Shown in pieces: positions 22,150 to 33,806 of a stretch of DNA of 60,000 nucleotides (its first letter is position 1; each line of letters starts with the position of its first letter). The DNA is from Camelus dromedarius (taxonomy: Eukaryota), in NCBI RefSeq assembly GCF_036321535.1, contig NC_087437.1, positions 59,026,001 to 59,086,000 of the forward strand. Reading direction: 5' to 3'. The position numbers were made by a program, and so were the translations under genes. The notes under the pieces are model-generated. The model ran no database searches, was not told the origin of the DNA, and worked only from the letters and a program-made list of their open reading frames with translations.

Positions 22150-23830
22150 TTTTCCTCTGTCTACATTTATGAGGTTTTGACCATGTGCCAACTCCATCCT
22201 TGAAATTCCCTCCTCCCTCAGCCTCTGTGGCACCTCTTTCTCCTGACTTCCTGCATCCTCTCTGGTGATTTCCCAACATCCAGTATGGGATTCTTTCCCT
22301 CCATTCACCTCATTAAGGTCGCTGCCCCTGAAAAGTCTGTCCACATGGAAACAACCTAAATGTCCATCAACAGATGACTGGATAAAGAAGCTGTGGTATA
22401 TTTATACAAAGGAATACTACTCAGTCATAAAAAAGAATAAAATAATGCCATTTGCAGCAACATGGCTGGACCTGGAGATTGTCATTCTATGTGAAGTAAG
22501 CCAAAAAGAGAAAGAAAAATACTATATGATATCACTCATATATGGAATCTAAAAAAAGAAAAAAGAAGACACAAATGAACTTATCTGCAAAACAGAAACA
22601 GACTCACAGACACAGTAAATAATCTTGTGGTTACTGGGGGGGACAGGGGGTGGGAAGGCATAAACTGGGAGTTCGAGATTTGCAAATATTGCCTACTATA
22701 TACAAAAATAGATTTTAAAAATTTCTTCTGTATAGCACAGGGAACTACATTCAACATCTTGTAGTTACCTATAATGAAAAAGAATATGAAAACGAATATA
22801 TGTATGTATATGTATGTCTGAAACATTATGCTGTATACCAGAAATTGACACATTGTAACTGAGTATACTTCAATTAAAAAAGAAAGAAAGAAAAATCTGT
22901 CCATGTCCTTTTTCCCTTGTCACTCACAGCAGTGACTGGCATCTACATGAAGAACACCAAATTTGGTATCTTAAATCCCAAATTGTTTCCTGAGCTTCAA
23001 ACCATGAGTCCAACTGCCCACAGGCCATCTCCACATGAAAGTCAGTATGTCTCCACCTCATTTTGTGATGCTAGTCCCCATCTCTGAAGTGCCCCTACCC
23101 CTGTCTTCCCAGGCTTAATGTGTCTTCCTCAACACCCAACACCCCTGCCCGCCCCCATCATCTCCTCCCAGCATCCCACAGGGTGCCAGGAACCTTCCGG
23201 CTTCCCTGTTGTATGAATCGCAGCTCCCTTTGCCATTGCCTTTGGGCAGGAGATTCGAGTTTTTTGTTTTCATCTCCTCCAGACGGATTGCCTCATATTC
23301 AGCCTTGCCTCCCTCCAACCCGTCACAAATGTGAACAACCACATCTCCGAGAGAAAACGTCCAAAGGCTTCCTGTTGCCTACAAGACTGGAGAAATCTGT
23401 GTGATTTGCCCTTGGCCTCCTCTCCCACTTATTCCTTATAAGAAGTCAGCATCCCAACCCTGTTTCCCCCTAGCACAAAGCTGCTTCAGTGCCACAAGCC
23501 CTCCATCCCTCCGCAAACACCGTCCCTGAGCGGGAAGCCTCCCCCTCCACTTCTCCATCCAGGGACCTCCTACACACGCATCCTTCAAGACTTTGCTCAA
23601 TTTACCTGCTTCCAGAATCCCATCCTGATGCCTCCAGATCCCTGCTCTGACCCCTCCCCATCCCTCCTGCCTTCCCCCACCCTGGAACATTTTACACAGA
23701 TCCTAGATTATCCTATCTGTTTATCTGTCTCCCCAGCCCAGACTGTGCACGTTTAGGGGGCAAAAACAACGTATTTTCCCCATACTCCCAGCATGTGACA
23801 GTGCTTGTCATACAGAAATCATTCAGGAAG
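22150..23830 (+). mobile_element. fragmented L2 LINE, interrupted by an L1 insertion
   Basis: Pyrimidine-rich L2-like segments (cctgagcttcaaacc..gtccaactgcccacaggccatctccacatg; ccagactgtgcac..gtgacagtgcttgtcatacag) on both sides of the L1. Confidence 0.55.
22344..22889 (+). mobile_element. 5'-truncated L1 (ORF2 C-terminus, 3'UTR, A-tail) with TSD
   Basis: [33 protein letters not shown] is the L1 ORF2 end. TSD GAAAARTCTGTCCA at 22330-22343 and 22890-22903. Confidence 0.93.
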
Positions 23831-23874
23831 TTACATATTACTAGTATAGTAAGAAGGAGGGTATTAATAAAATA

Positions 23875-24060
23875 ACAATCCACATTTGAATAATACTTTG
23901 AGGTTCACAAAATGCTTTTACAAAAACGTCATCTCCTTTGATCCCAAAAGCATGTAGGTAAGTAGGACCAGAACTGTTTTCCTCATAGCGAATGTGGATG
24001 ATGTTTCTCAAAGAAAGTAGATGGTTGGGCCAAGGTGGCAGCTGGAGAGTGACAGAGGTG
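23875..24060 (-). mobile_element. MIR relic
   Basis: atactttgaggttcacaaaatgctttta..tcatctcctttgatccc..gccaaggt. Confidence 0.55.
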
Positions 24061-26375
24061 GGTCTCTGAAAGCCATCTCCCTGGCTGTGGTGCCACACTC
24101 CCCTCCTTCTCTGCAGAAATGGACAGGACTAAGCTGTGCTATCTACAGCCTGTCTCTAAGGTCGCGGGGGGACACCTCCCTGCTGACTGCCAAGGGCAAA
24201 TATACCTAGATCCAGTCTCAGTGGTCCATGCACTTTGGCTGCATGTATAACCAGAGCCAATTGGGGGCAGCTGGAAATCCATTCTCCTCACTCCTGCTTT
24301 GCCGCCTTAGCGCGTGTAACTCAATCTCTCAGGACAGCAGAACTGCGGGTCCCTCCCTTCCCTCCTCCTTTCTACCAAGTGACAGAAGAATTGATGCAAT
24401 CGAAGGCAAGTTTTGTTTTTTTAACACATAAAGCTTGACGATCCTCAGCAAAAATGAACTGCCAGAAATTTTTCAGAATCAAAAATGATAGCGAGAGAAT
24501 GGGAAAATAAATCCTAAACTGTAAGAAGTAAGACAAGTATCTGATTTTGAAGATCATATTTGTGTGGCTGATTTGAAAAAGAGTCATTCTTTAATAGGTG
24601 ACTGACTCACACTGTGACCCAGAGAAACAGTGAGTAAAAGCATATAAGGGTGTAAGGGGTTCCAAAGCACCAGCCGTGGGAAAGGCCACGTCAGAAAAGC
24701 CACCAATACAGAGCAGCTGTTTGCAACAGAATCATTACAGTTTCTGTAAGCAAAATGTCCCCCAGCCGTGAAGCAGTTGCTGGATTTCGACATATATAGT
24801 TTGTTCAGGCTTTTCTTTCTTGTCTGTGACTACCAGTATTTTGCGTTCCAGTTTTGTGGTAGGTCAAAATGAACACGTATTACCTGAGGGGTTTCTTTAG
24901 AAGAGACACTACAGTTTGTGAGGTCACCTGCAGCTCAGGATGCGGTACCCGAAGCAAATGGCATCTGGCACCAGTGTGGGTCACTGGCCCACAAAACAGC
25001 TCTCCCTGAGGCTGGCTTGTCATCCACCAGGGATTCACGCAGCGCCTACTCTGTGCCAGGCACTGTTCCAGGCAGGAGAGTCTCTGCAACGAACAAGACA
25101 AGCCAGGTCATGGCTCTCAGAGAGTCCACATCCCACTGTGGAGAAGATAATAAAAAAAGAAAAGAAATAAACGAAGGAGAAAACTTCAGCTCATGGTAAA
25201 TACTATGAAGAAACTAAAAGCAGGTGCTATGATAGAGCCAATTCACTCTCAATGCCACCACATCTGTCCCATCATCTCTAATCCAGCTCAAGTGTCGTCA
25301 ACATTTTGCACATCGGTTATTGCTACGTCCTCGGAATTGGCTTTTTGCCTTTACTCTACCTCCACCAAACTGCTGATGTTTCTGTTAAAACACAGATCCC
25401 TCTTCTCCCTTCTCCCCTTAGAATCTTCCATAGCTCCCACTGCCCCTATGCAACACAAGTAAAACCCAGGCCGTAGCTTGGTCCACTTCATCTCACATGA
25501 AATAGTGACTTACACAAGTTATGAAAGTCATGTTATTTTATTTTTCAAAACATCCTTAAACACTGTGGAGCAATTGTAATCAAACATGGAGAGCTGTCAA
25601 GATTTTGTTTCCATTTATTATCCCTCTTGTAATTTTCCTCTGTGTATGAGGAAAATTTAATCTTATTTAATAGTTTTATTTTGTAAAGTTGTCTTTTTTT
25701 TCTCTTTAAAGGCAACTCCAGTGACCTGCATCATTTAGATATGAGTTGCCTACTTATTACTTGATTTCTTGGTAGTCCTCATCCCACAAGCCAACTCCTA
25801 CCAAAAGTGATGCATGGTAAGTGTACACAATCAGGTGTCACATGGGATGCGTGTGTATAAACATTTAAGCTAAAGTAAACTTATTTGTATTTGGAGCAAG
25901 CTATGACATCACTTGAAATTACAAGAAACTCTATGGGATAGAACAAGCCCAGGCTGGGAATCTGTCCTTGACTTCGGTTATGACCTTAATAAGAGCAACT
26001 GAGCTGCCATCTTTGAAGTATGGCTGAAGGCCATTCCTCATGTTTTTCTTTTTCTCTTTGGTTGAAACACTTATGTAATTGAATATGCAATTTTTGCAGA
26101 CTCCACTCCAAAAGAGCCATCAAAACCAGAATTCACATGATATCCACATGTCCACACAACCAGTCTTGACTATTCATGGATGTGAGATATTAACCCCAGA
26201 AACAGACTGGATGTGAATTGAGTCATAAATTGCTTTTGAAAGATGTTTGCACTTAAATCTCTGGAAATTAATATTAAAAGGCCAGGGGTTCACAAGTCAG
26301 TCAGAGTCCCCATTTCCTAAGTCTTGTCTACTGATTTGAGTTGGCTTCATCCTAATTTGGTTTGAGAGCCTACTT

Positions 26376-26536
26376 TTTTTTTTTAATTTTAATTTTTTTT
26401 AAATATTTATTTTTGGGGGGGGAGGTATCAGTAATTAGGTTTATTTATTTATTTCTGATGAAGGTACTGGGAACGGAACCCAGGACCTCGTACATGCTAA
26501 ACACACACTCTACCACTGAGCTATACCCCCCCCCCC
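26376..26536 (-). mobile_element. tRNA-derived SINE (camelid vic-1-like) with TSD
   Basis: Reverse strand reads GGGGGTATAGCTCAGTGGTAGAGTG..GAGGTCCTGGGTTC (Pol III A and B boxes) plus an A-rich tail. TSD GAGAGYCTACTT at 26364-26375 and 26537-26548. Confidence 0.9.
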
Positions 26537-28643
26537 GAGAGTCTACTTCTGTCCTTTACATGTATTTGAGTATAAATAAAGGTCTAACAGCAGTTTTTGC
26601 TGGTCTAAGTGGCACATAAAGGCCCTTCTCTTTGTCAGAATACGGGGTCCAGGGCTTCTCTGAGAAAATCCACAAACAAAACTCATGGCTCCCCAGACTT
26701 CCTAGACTTCTGGTCTCCATCTTTTCCTACTTCCTCTCAACACGAAACTCTTACTGAGCACCTACTATACGCTCATACTGTGTCACGGTGGAGAGACAGA
26801 TGAATGAGACACTGGTCTCTCCATCTCTGGAGAATTTAGGTATAAATAAAGAATTTTCAGAAAGGGGCCCCCTAAGGAAATTCGAGCAAAATGGGCGCTT
26901 CTTGTTTTAAAGGCTGGGGAGTCCAGGCAGTTGGCAGGCGAGAGCAGTGGGAGAAGTAGAGAAGAGGCTAGAAGAAGCTCCAGGGCTGGGTGTGTGGGAG
27001 GGCAGAGAAAGGCCAGGTCTGACTGGTTTCATGTGCCTAATGAGTCACTGCCATCAATCAGTCCTTGCCCAGGAAAAGCTGCCTCTTTAAATCCCCTGGA
27101 AGGGCCAGGTGGAGCCAGAACCTGACCTGGAGATAGGCCCTGCCCCAACTCACGGTGACCTTGGCAATGTCACTTGCCCTCAGTTAACTCTACTTTCTTT
27201 ATCTGTAAAATGGGAGCACTGGATTATACAGTCCCACGGGGCCTTCAACTTTGAGACCACAGTCCCCTGAATTACCCTCCCAGTAGCCTACGCCCTGAGT
27301 GAGGGTCAGTATGTGTGGACAATGTGAACCAAGGAACTATTTATACGAGGTGTGCACTTAGATGGTTATGATCCAGGACTTGCAAGTTACATTATCTGCC
27401 CCCAGACACAGATGCCCTTTCAATGGTTCATTTCTCCACCCTTATCCCCCCGATCTCTGCCCACACCTGTTTCTACCTGCTTTGCCTCCCTCTCTCTTTG
27501 GTTCATGTTTTAATCATTTATTCATTCAACAACGACGTTTAGCACCCACAAGGTATTGAGCGTGACATCAGGGCCCGCTCTCTCTCCCAGCCACACTCTG
27601 GGGTGAACTTCTAAGTGGGAAGGGAAGAAGAGAAGGCAGGGAGAGGGCCCGGGAGACTGGGCTCTCTGGTGCTGTCAGGCTGGTCCCAGGAACCTGGTGT
27701 CGGGCCTGGGCTCTGGGGAGGGCCCTGACCCTGTGCACCGGCCCTCCTGCAGCGGACATCCATTTCCTGGATTCCTTCCAGATTTCCGGGGTTGAGTGGG
27801 GAGTTCCTGTTCCCGGGGTCCCACTACCCTTCAGACTCAGCCTTCCAAAATGAAACAAGATGGCCTCTCCTTCACGCACGCCTCCCTCCTCAGCTAACAG
27901 GAACACCTTTCCTTTCCCTCCAGGGAGTCATTTCCGGTCTTTCGGCCTCTTTACACTCCAGGATATTTAGGGTGTTGATGGGCCCAAGGGGGAGGCACGT
28001 GATCCCAGGAAGTGGAAGGGCAAGTGTGGGCATGGCCAGCAGTGTGGTGGGCGTACTGGGCCCCCAGCAGAGGGAAGTTGTGCTGGGGGAACAAGATTTG
28101 ATGGGGTGAAGCCCCTAGCAAGGCCAGAGAGTGGCTGAGTCACTAGGTTTTGCGGTTCAGGTGACCTGACAGCAGCTGGCATTCCTCTACCTCCAGGTGA
28201 CCCTCTGTTCCCTCCCTGTGGCTCCTTATTTCTTTGAGCTGGGAGGGGCTGTTAATAGAATCTAATAGAGGCTCAGAGCTGGAGGACACTGACCGCAAGG
28301 GAGCTGAGGTGAGTCCCCTTCCCTCCCGTGGACCGAGCGGCTGGCCTGGGCGTCTGCGATCATGGTCTCCCCCAGCCCAGCCGGCCGGGACATGGACTCC
28401 TCTGTGGAGCTATCGCCTTGCCTTCTGTCGTGTGGGAGACCACATCGTCTTCAAGAGAGTTCCTGAATGTAATTAAAAAGGTGGTGAAGGCGGAAAAGGA
28501 CAGTGTTGAACGGGGATCCCAGGGCTGCCCAAAGTTGTTGCAATCCTTGAAACAGAGAAGAAAGAATCTCTGAGTTGGGGTGGGGAGGGTTATTTAAAGG
28601 CAGACATAAATTGGGGTGAGAGAGTGGGGTTGTGGGAGAGAGG

Positions 28644-28645
<2 letters not shown>

Positions 28646-28693
<48 letters not shown>
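28646..28693. repeat. (GA)n microsatellite
   Basis: About 24 GA units. Confidence 0.97.
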
Positions 28694-28698
<5 letters not shown>

Positions 28699-29619
28699 GC
28701 AGATTTATGGTATTCTGGGAGCAAAAAGTTAGACTCTGGTCCCTCACCACAGCTGTCCAGGACTCAGGCTGAGAATCTCGATATCTCAATCTCTCTCTCT
28801 TTTCCATCCCTCATCCCGCCCCCTCCCACTCTCCCTCTCTGTCTTCTTCAGTGGTTTGCGTTGTCATTTGCCAAGCTCCTCGGGACCTAGTATGTACTCC
28901 AGCCCCAGCTGTAAGTCTTCCTCCCCACACCAGGAATTGTACACATAAACCCCTGAGAACAGAGCCCTCCTGACTAGAGACAGCACACAGCCTTCTGCTC
29001 AGCCTCTGGAGCCTTGGACCAGCTCCCGGGATGGGCCCCTGTCTGGTGACAGGCACCCCCATGGCCTGCTTCACAGATGCTCCCAGGGGAACGAGCAGGC
29101 CCGGCTCACAACCACCCCTCACCCTGGGCTAAGCCGGGTCCAAGGTACAAGACTTCTCTCCCAGGGGACCAACCACGTCACTCAGCGACCTTGCAAGTTA
29201 TTTTTGTCTCTGCCGACTTCCCTTTCCCTGTTTTTAAATAGATCAGAAATGTATGCTGCTTAATTCATAAAGAAGCTGCATGGAAAAAGACTGACTTGTT
29301 GTGAAGTGTTTTCGCTTCCTGAGAGGAACCCGAGGTTCTGGGAAACCTCTTGCCATCACAGATGCACGTGTACACAAACGCACGATGCACGCATCTGTAC
29401 CCATGTGCATGCCACGCCACATCCATTCACTGACGGGGCTGTCATGCCCAGAAACAAGGGCATTGCTTTGTGCACTACTGGCTTCCCTGCAGTAGTGTAG
29501 TGCTTGGAATAAAGTTAATACTCAATGAATACGTACTGAACGAATGCACTGGACAAACACTGCCTATCTCCCCTCCTTGTGCCAGTCACCGTGACTTCAA
29601 GTTGCTCGAGGTCCAGGAG

Positions 29620-30060
29620 AGAGAGAAGCATGTAAACAAGTAGAGCCAATCCAGAGTGTTAACAGCCACCAGGACAGCAGAGCACGCCGGGCACCAGAAG
29701 GCTCAGAAGAGTCTGGGAGATTCCATCCACCTCTGCCCCCGGGGTGGGGGCAGGGTGGGGCAGGGACAGGGGCATGGAGGCTCTGAGCATTGAAGAAAGG
29801 ATGGGATTTCATTAGTTGGTCAAGAGAGGAGGTGGGTGGAAGGAGGGTGGCACTGGTGGCAAAGATCTTCCAGCAAAGGGAAAACGTATTCAAAAGCACA
29901 GAGCCCTGAACCAGCATGAAAGAGTTGGGGCACCAGGAATTGCCCCTCCCTTGGAGCTGGACCCCAGGAGGGAGGCAGAGCACTAGGAGAGGAGCAGCGG
30001 AGGCTGGAGGCTGGATAAGGAGGGCTGGATCCTGCAGGTCCTTGTGTCCCAATATTTTCA
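29620..30060 (-). mobile_element. L2 LINE relic
   Basis: ctgagcattgaagaaaggatgggatttcattag..cagcaaaggg..caaaagcacagag.. is typical of reversed L2. Confidence 0.55.
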
Positions 30061-30244
30061 AGTGATTCCTGTACGAAACTTCAACATTCTTCTTGGACCT
30101 TTAAAATGTAGTAGTCTTAATCTTCTCTGCTGACTGAGAAACACATAAGCATGATGGGCTTACAGACCCCCACAGTAACTCTGAGACTCCCCCCACCCCC
30201 ATGCCTGTCTCTACACCAGGGCCTGTGTCTTGGAAAGCATTGCT

Positions 30245-30378
30245 TAGGAGGACCATATAATTTATCATCCAAGCTGGTTCATTCTGGGGAGTGAAGGCGG
30301 TCACTATGAATAACTGCACCAGGGCGACAAGCAAGAACTAGGGCCATTCTGGGCAAATCAGGATGTCTGGTCACTCTA
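30245..30378. mobile_element. MER94-like hAT-Blackjack MITE
   Basis: Ends tagga.gaccatataatttatcatccaa..ctgggcaaatcaggatgtctggtcactcta match the degenerate TAGGGTGACCA terminal inverted repeats. Confidence 0.75.
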
Positions 30379-31446
30379 GCTAAAGATCTTAGGCTGCCAT
30401 TGAAGGGTTTCATAGAGGTAAACAGTGTGATCAGATTCGTGTTTTTGGAATTGAGTTACTGTCTTACTCTCATATCTTCACAGAACCGAGGGAGTAAGAG
30501 GATAGGGGTGGTTCAGGTGCTCTCGGAGGCCCTTTCTGGCTTCGGCATTCTAGAAATCTGTTTGGTAGGCACTGGAACGGTCAGATGGGTTGGATAAAAC
30601 CTAACCTCAAGGAAGTTTGGGGGTGGACTGCAATTCAACCTAAACCATGAAGATCCATCTCGATATCCTGTGTTTTTAGTTGAAACCCAATAAAAATGCC
30701 CAAGAAAAACACTCCCAAGGAAACTCCACTCATCCACCCATCCCGGAAGGGAAAGGCGATGCCCATGAAAACATTCCATTGAAATTGAAGCCCTGCTGCC
30801 CATCAGCCTCTCCCCCAAATCCTAGCCCCACCTCCTTCCCTCCCTCCCCATCCTGACTCCAGCAGTGAGCAGGTAAAATGTGAGTGGACCTGTAAAAGGA
30901 TGTGAGTGTGAGATGCTTACATTAGTGCTGTTGGTTCAACTGCTATAACAATCCTCTCCTTCCTAAAAACCCTCTCTCAGAAAAAAATCTTCATGGTACC
31001 TCATTGCCTAGAGAATTAAGCACAAACTCGTCAACCTCTATTTCAGGACTCTCCACAGTATGAAGACAAGCCACTTTCTTCATGCACCTTTTCTTACAAT
31101 CTAATTGGAATTCAGTTAGATTCCATGTCTTACAATCTAATTGTGCTGAACACAATTTATATTATTCTCTGTAGGTGCTAACTCATGTTCTATCTACACC
31201 CTTCTTATCAAAGTTCTATCAATAAATTTCATCTCTTCCATGAGGCTTGTCTTATTTCCTCCCTCTGCTCCTTTCTTTCAAGTTACTTAAACATTTATCT
31301 TTAAGGTACTTATATACTATACTTCTAAATAGAGGTATAATTAATGAGTGCTGGTATCTATCTCTGAATCCTTTTTCCTAAGGGACTGATAAGTGTGGTT
31401 GAAAGTTTAGATTTCCTTCTGTTATGCCCCACACCAGGCTATATAT

Positions 31447-32985
31447 GTCCAATTTGAAGATGCAAAGGAACTAGAATTAGCCAAACACTTCTGAAAAAGA
31501 ACAAAGTTGGAAGATTACGCTATCTGATTTCAAGACTTATTTGAAAGCTTCAGTAATCAAGACAGTATGATATTGGTGTAGCAATGGGCAAATAAATCAA
31601 TGGAACAGAGAGTCCAGAAATAGACCCCACATATAGAGTCACTTGAGTTTTGATAGAGATTCAAAAACAATATAATGAAGAAAGGTTGATCTATTCAACA
31701 AATCATGCTGGAACAATTGAATGAACAATGCAAAGAAAGAAAAAGAACTTTGATCTCTACTTCACACCATATTGAAGAAATAACCCAAAATAGATCCAAA
31801 TCTAAACAAGAAACCTAAAACTATAAAACTTCTAGAAGAAATACAGGAGAAAATCCTTGGGACCCAGGGTCAGACAAAGATTTCTTAGATACAACACCAA
31901 AAGCATAGTACATTACAAAAGTTAATAAATTCTTAATAAAATTAAGAATTTCTCTTCAAAAGACACTCTTTTGAGAATAAAAAACCGCTTTGGAGGAAAA
32001 GGAGAAAAAAAGAATTTGGAGAGAATATTTGCAAATCACAGATCTGATAAGAGATCTGTGTTCAGATTGTACATAAAGAACTTTCAGAACTCAATAATAA
32101 GAAAACAAACAAATCAATTACAAAATGGGCAAAAGAGTTGACACTTCATCCAAGAAGAATACAGACAGCAGCCAAGCACATGAAAAGATGCATATTCTTA
32201 GTCATCAGGAAATGCAAATTAAAATCCAATGAGATATGACCCCATGCCACGCCCACTAAAACCAGTCAAAAACTAAAAAGACTATGTCGAAAGGTGTGGA
32301 GTAACCAGAATTCTCACACCCAACTAGGGAGAATGTAAAATGGTTACAACCACTTTGGAAAAACAGGTTTTTTAAGAATTTAAACATATTCCCAAACATA
32401 TGATCCAGCCATTCCACTTCTAGGTATTTACCAAGAACTAGGAAAGCATGTGTCCTTACAAAGACTTATCCATGAATATTCAAGGCAGCTTTATTTGTAG
32501 TTACCAAAAATTGGAAACAATACAAATATCTCTCAAAAAAAAATGGATAAACAAATTATAGTATACCCATACAATAGATTACTACTCAGCAAGAAAATGG
32601 AATGAATTGTTGACATATGCAACAACATGGATGAATCTCAAAGTAATTATTCTGTGAAAGAAGTCGGAAAAAGGAAGAGTACATCCTCTAGGATTCCATT
32701 CATATAAAATTCTACAAAAATGCAAATTAATCTACGGTGGCATAGGCAAATCAGTGGCTGCCTAGAGACGGGGTGAGGCGGGCAGAGAGGGGGCCGGAGA
32801 GGACTAAGGGGGCTCACCAAGGGAGAAGGGGAAACTTTGGAGGGTGATGGATATACTCACTATTTTGATTGCAGTGATGGTACCTGAGCTTACACATGTC
32901 AGAGCTTACCAAATTGTACACTTTAGATATGTGGAGTTTATTTTATGTCAAAAATTCCTCAATAAAGCATAATTTTTAAAAATAG
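31447..32985 (+). mobile_element. old L1 (L1M-type) ORF2 3' part and 3'UTR, degenerate
   Basis: gaattagccaaac..aaagttggaagattacgctatctgatttcaagac..tcaatggaacagagagtccagaaatagacc..tgcaacaacatggatgaatctca..cctcaataaagc. Many frameshifts. Confidence 0.88.
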
Positions 32986-33201
32986 ACATTTTTAAAATCT
33001 AAGAGTCAGAGTCATGGTATGACTGAAGAGATACCACTGGAAGAAGAGAAGGGTTTTCCTTGGTTTGTCCACTTTGTCTTAACCTGGAGTCTGGCATTCT
33101 CCACAATCTGGCCTAACAATGTCCTGCTGTCCCTGCTAAACATCCACAATGGCTGCTGGATCATCTGGGTGGGAGGAAGGGTAAATATCTAAGTCTGATT
33201 T

Positions 33202-33341
33202 TTTTTTTTTTTAATTTTTTTGAGGGGGGAGGTTGTTAGGATTTTTAATCTATTTTTCTTTTAATGGAGATACTGGGGACTGAACCCAGGATCTTGTCTA
33301 TGCTATGCACATGCTCTGCCCCTGAGCTATACCCTCATCCT
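33202..33341 (-). mobile_element. tRNA-derived SINE (vic-1-like) with perfect TSD
   Basis: Reverse strand GAGGGTATAGCTCAG..CTGGGTTCAGTCCCCAGTATCTCCATT. 14-bp TSD TCTAAGTCTGATTT at 33188-33201 and 33342-33355. Confidence 0.9.
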
Positions 33342-33806
33342 TCTAAGTCTGATTTCTTGAGACTCGCACCAGTTGCTTCTGAACCACAAGTAGTCCCCTG
33401 GGATAAGACTGAGGGACTGTTCCACAGGGCCTTAGAGCTGGAAGGGGCCTTTGGGGGTTTCTGGTCCCACTTCCAACCAGTGTGGGAATCCCCCCTACTT
33501 TGGAATAACCATATCATCTACTTTCTGACAATATCTCCCAAGGATAGAAAACTCCCACCGTTCACAAATATGATGCAATGAGATACATTTTAACAGGAAG
33601 AAACAAGAGCAGGACAAGAGGAAGTGAGAGCGCTGTCCCTGAAACCCATCAGGGTCCCTGTCCTTTCTTTCAGTGTGGTTCCTTAGGACCCTTAAATCTG
33701 GGAGGAAATCAATATCTTTTCAATAGACAAATATATTTCCTTTGGCCTGTGATGGAGGAGGAATGGGAAGATGGAGAGATAGATGGATTTGAAAAACGAG
33801 ACTTGA

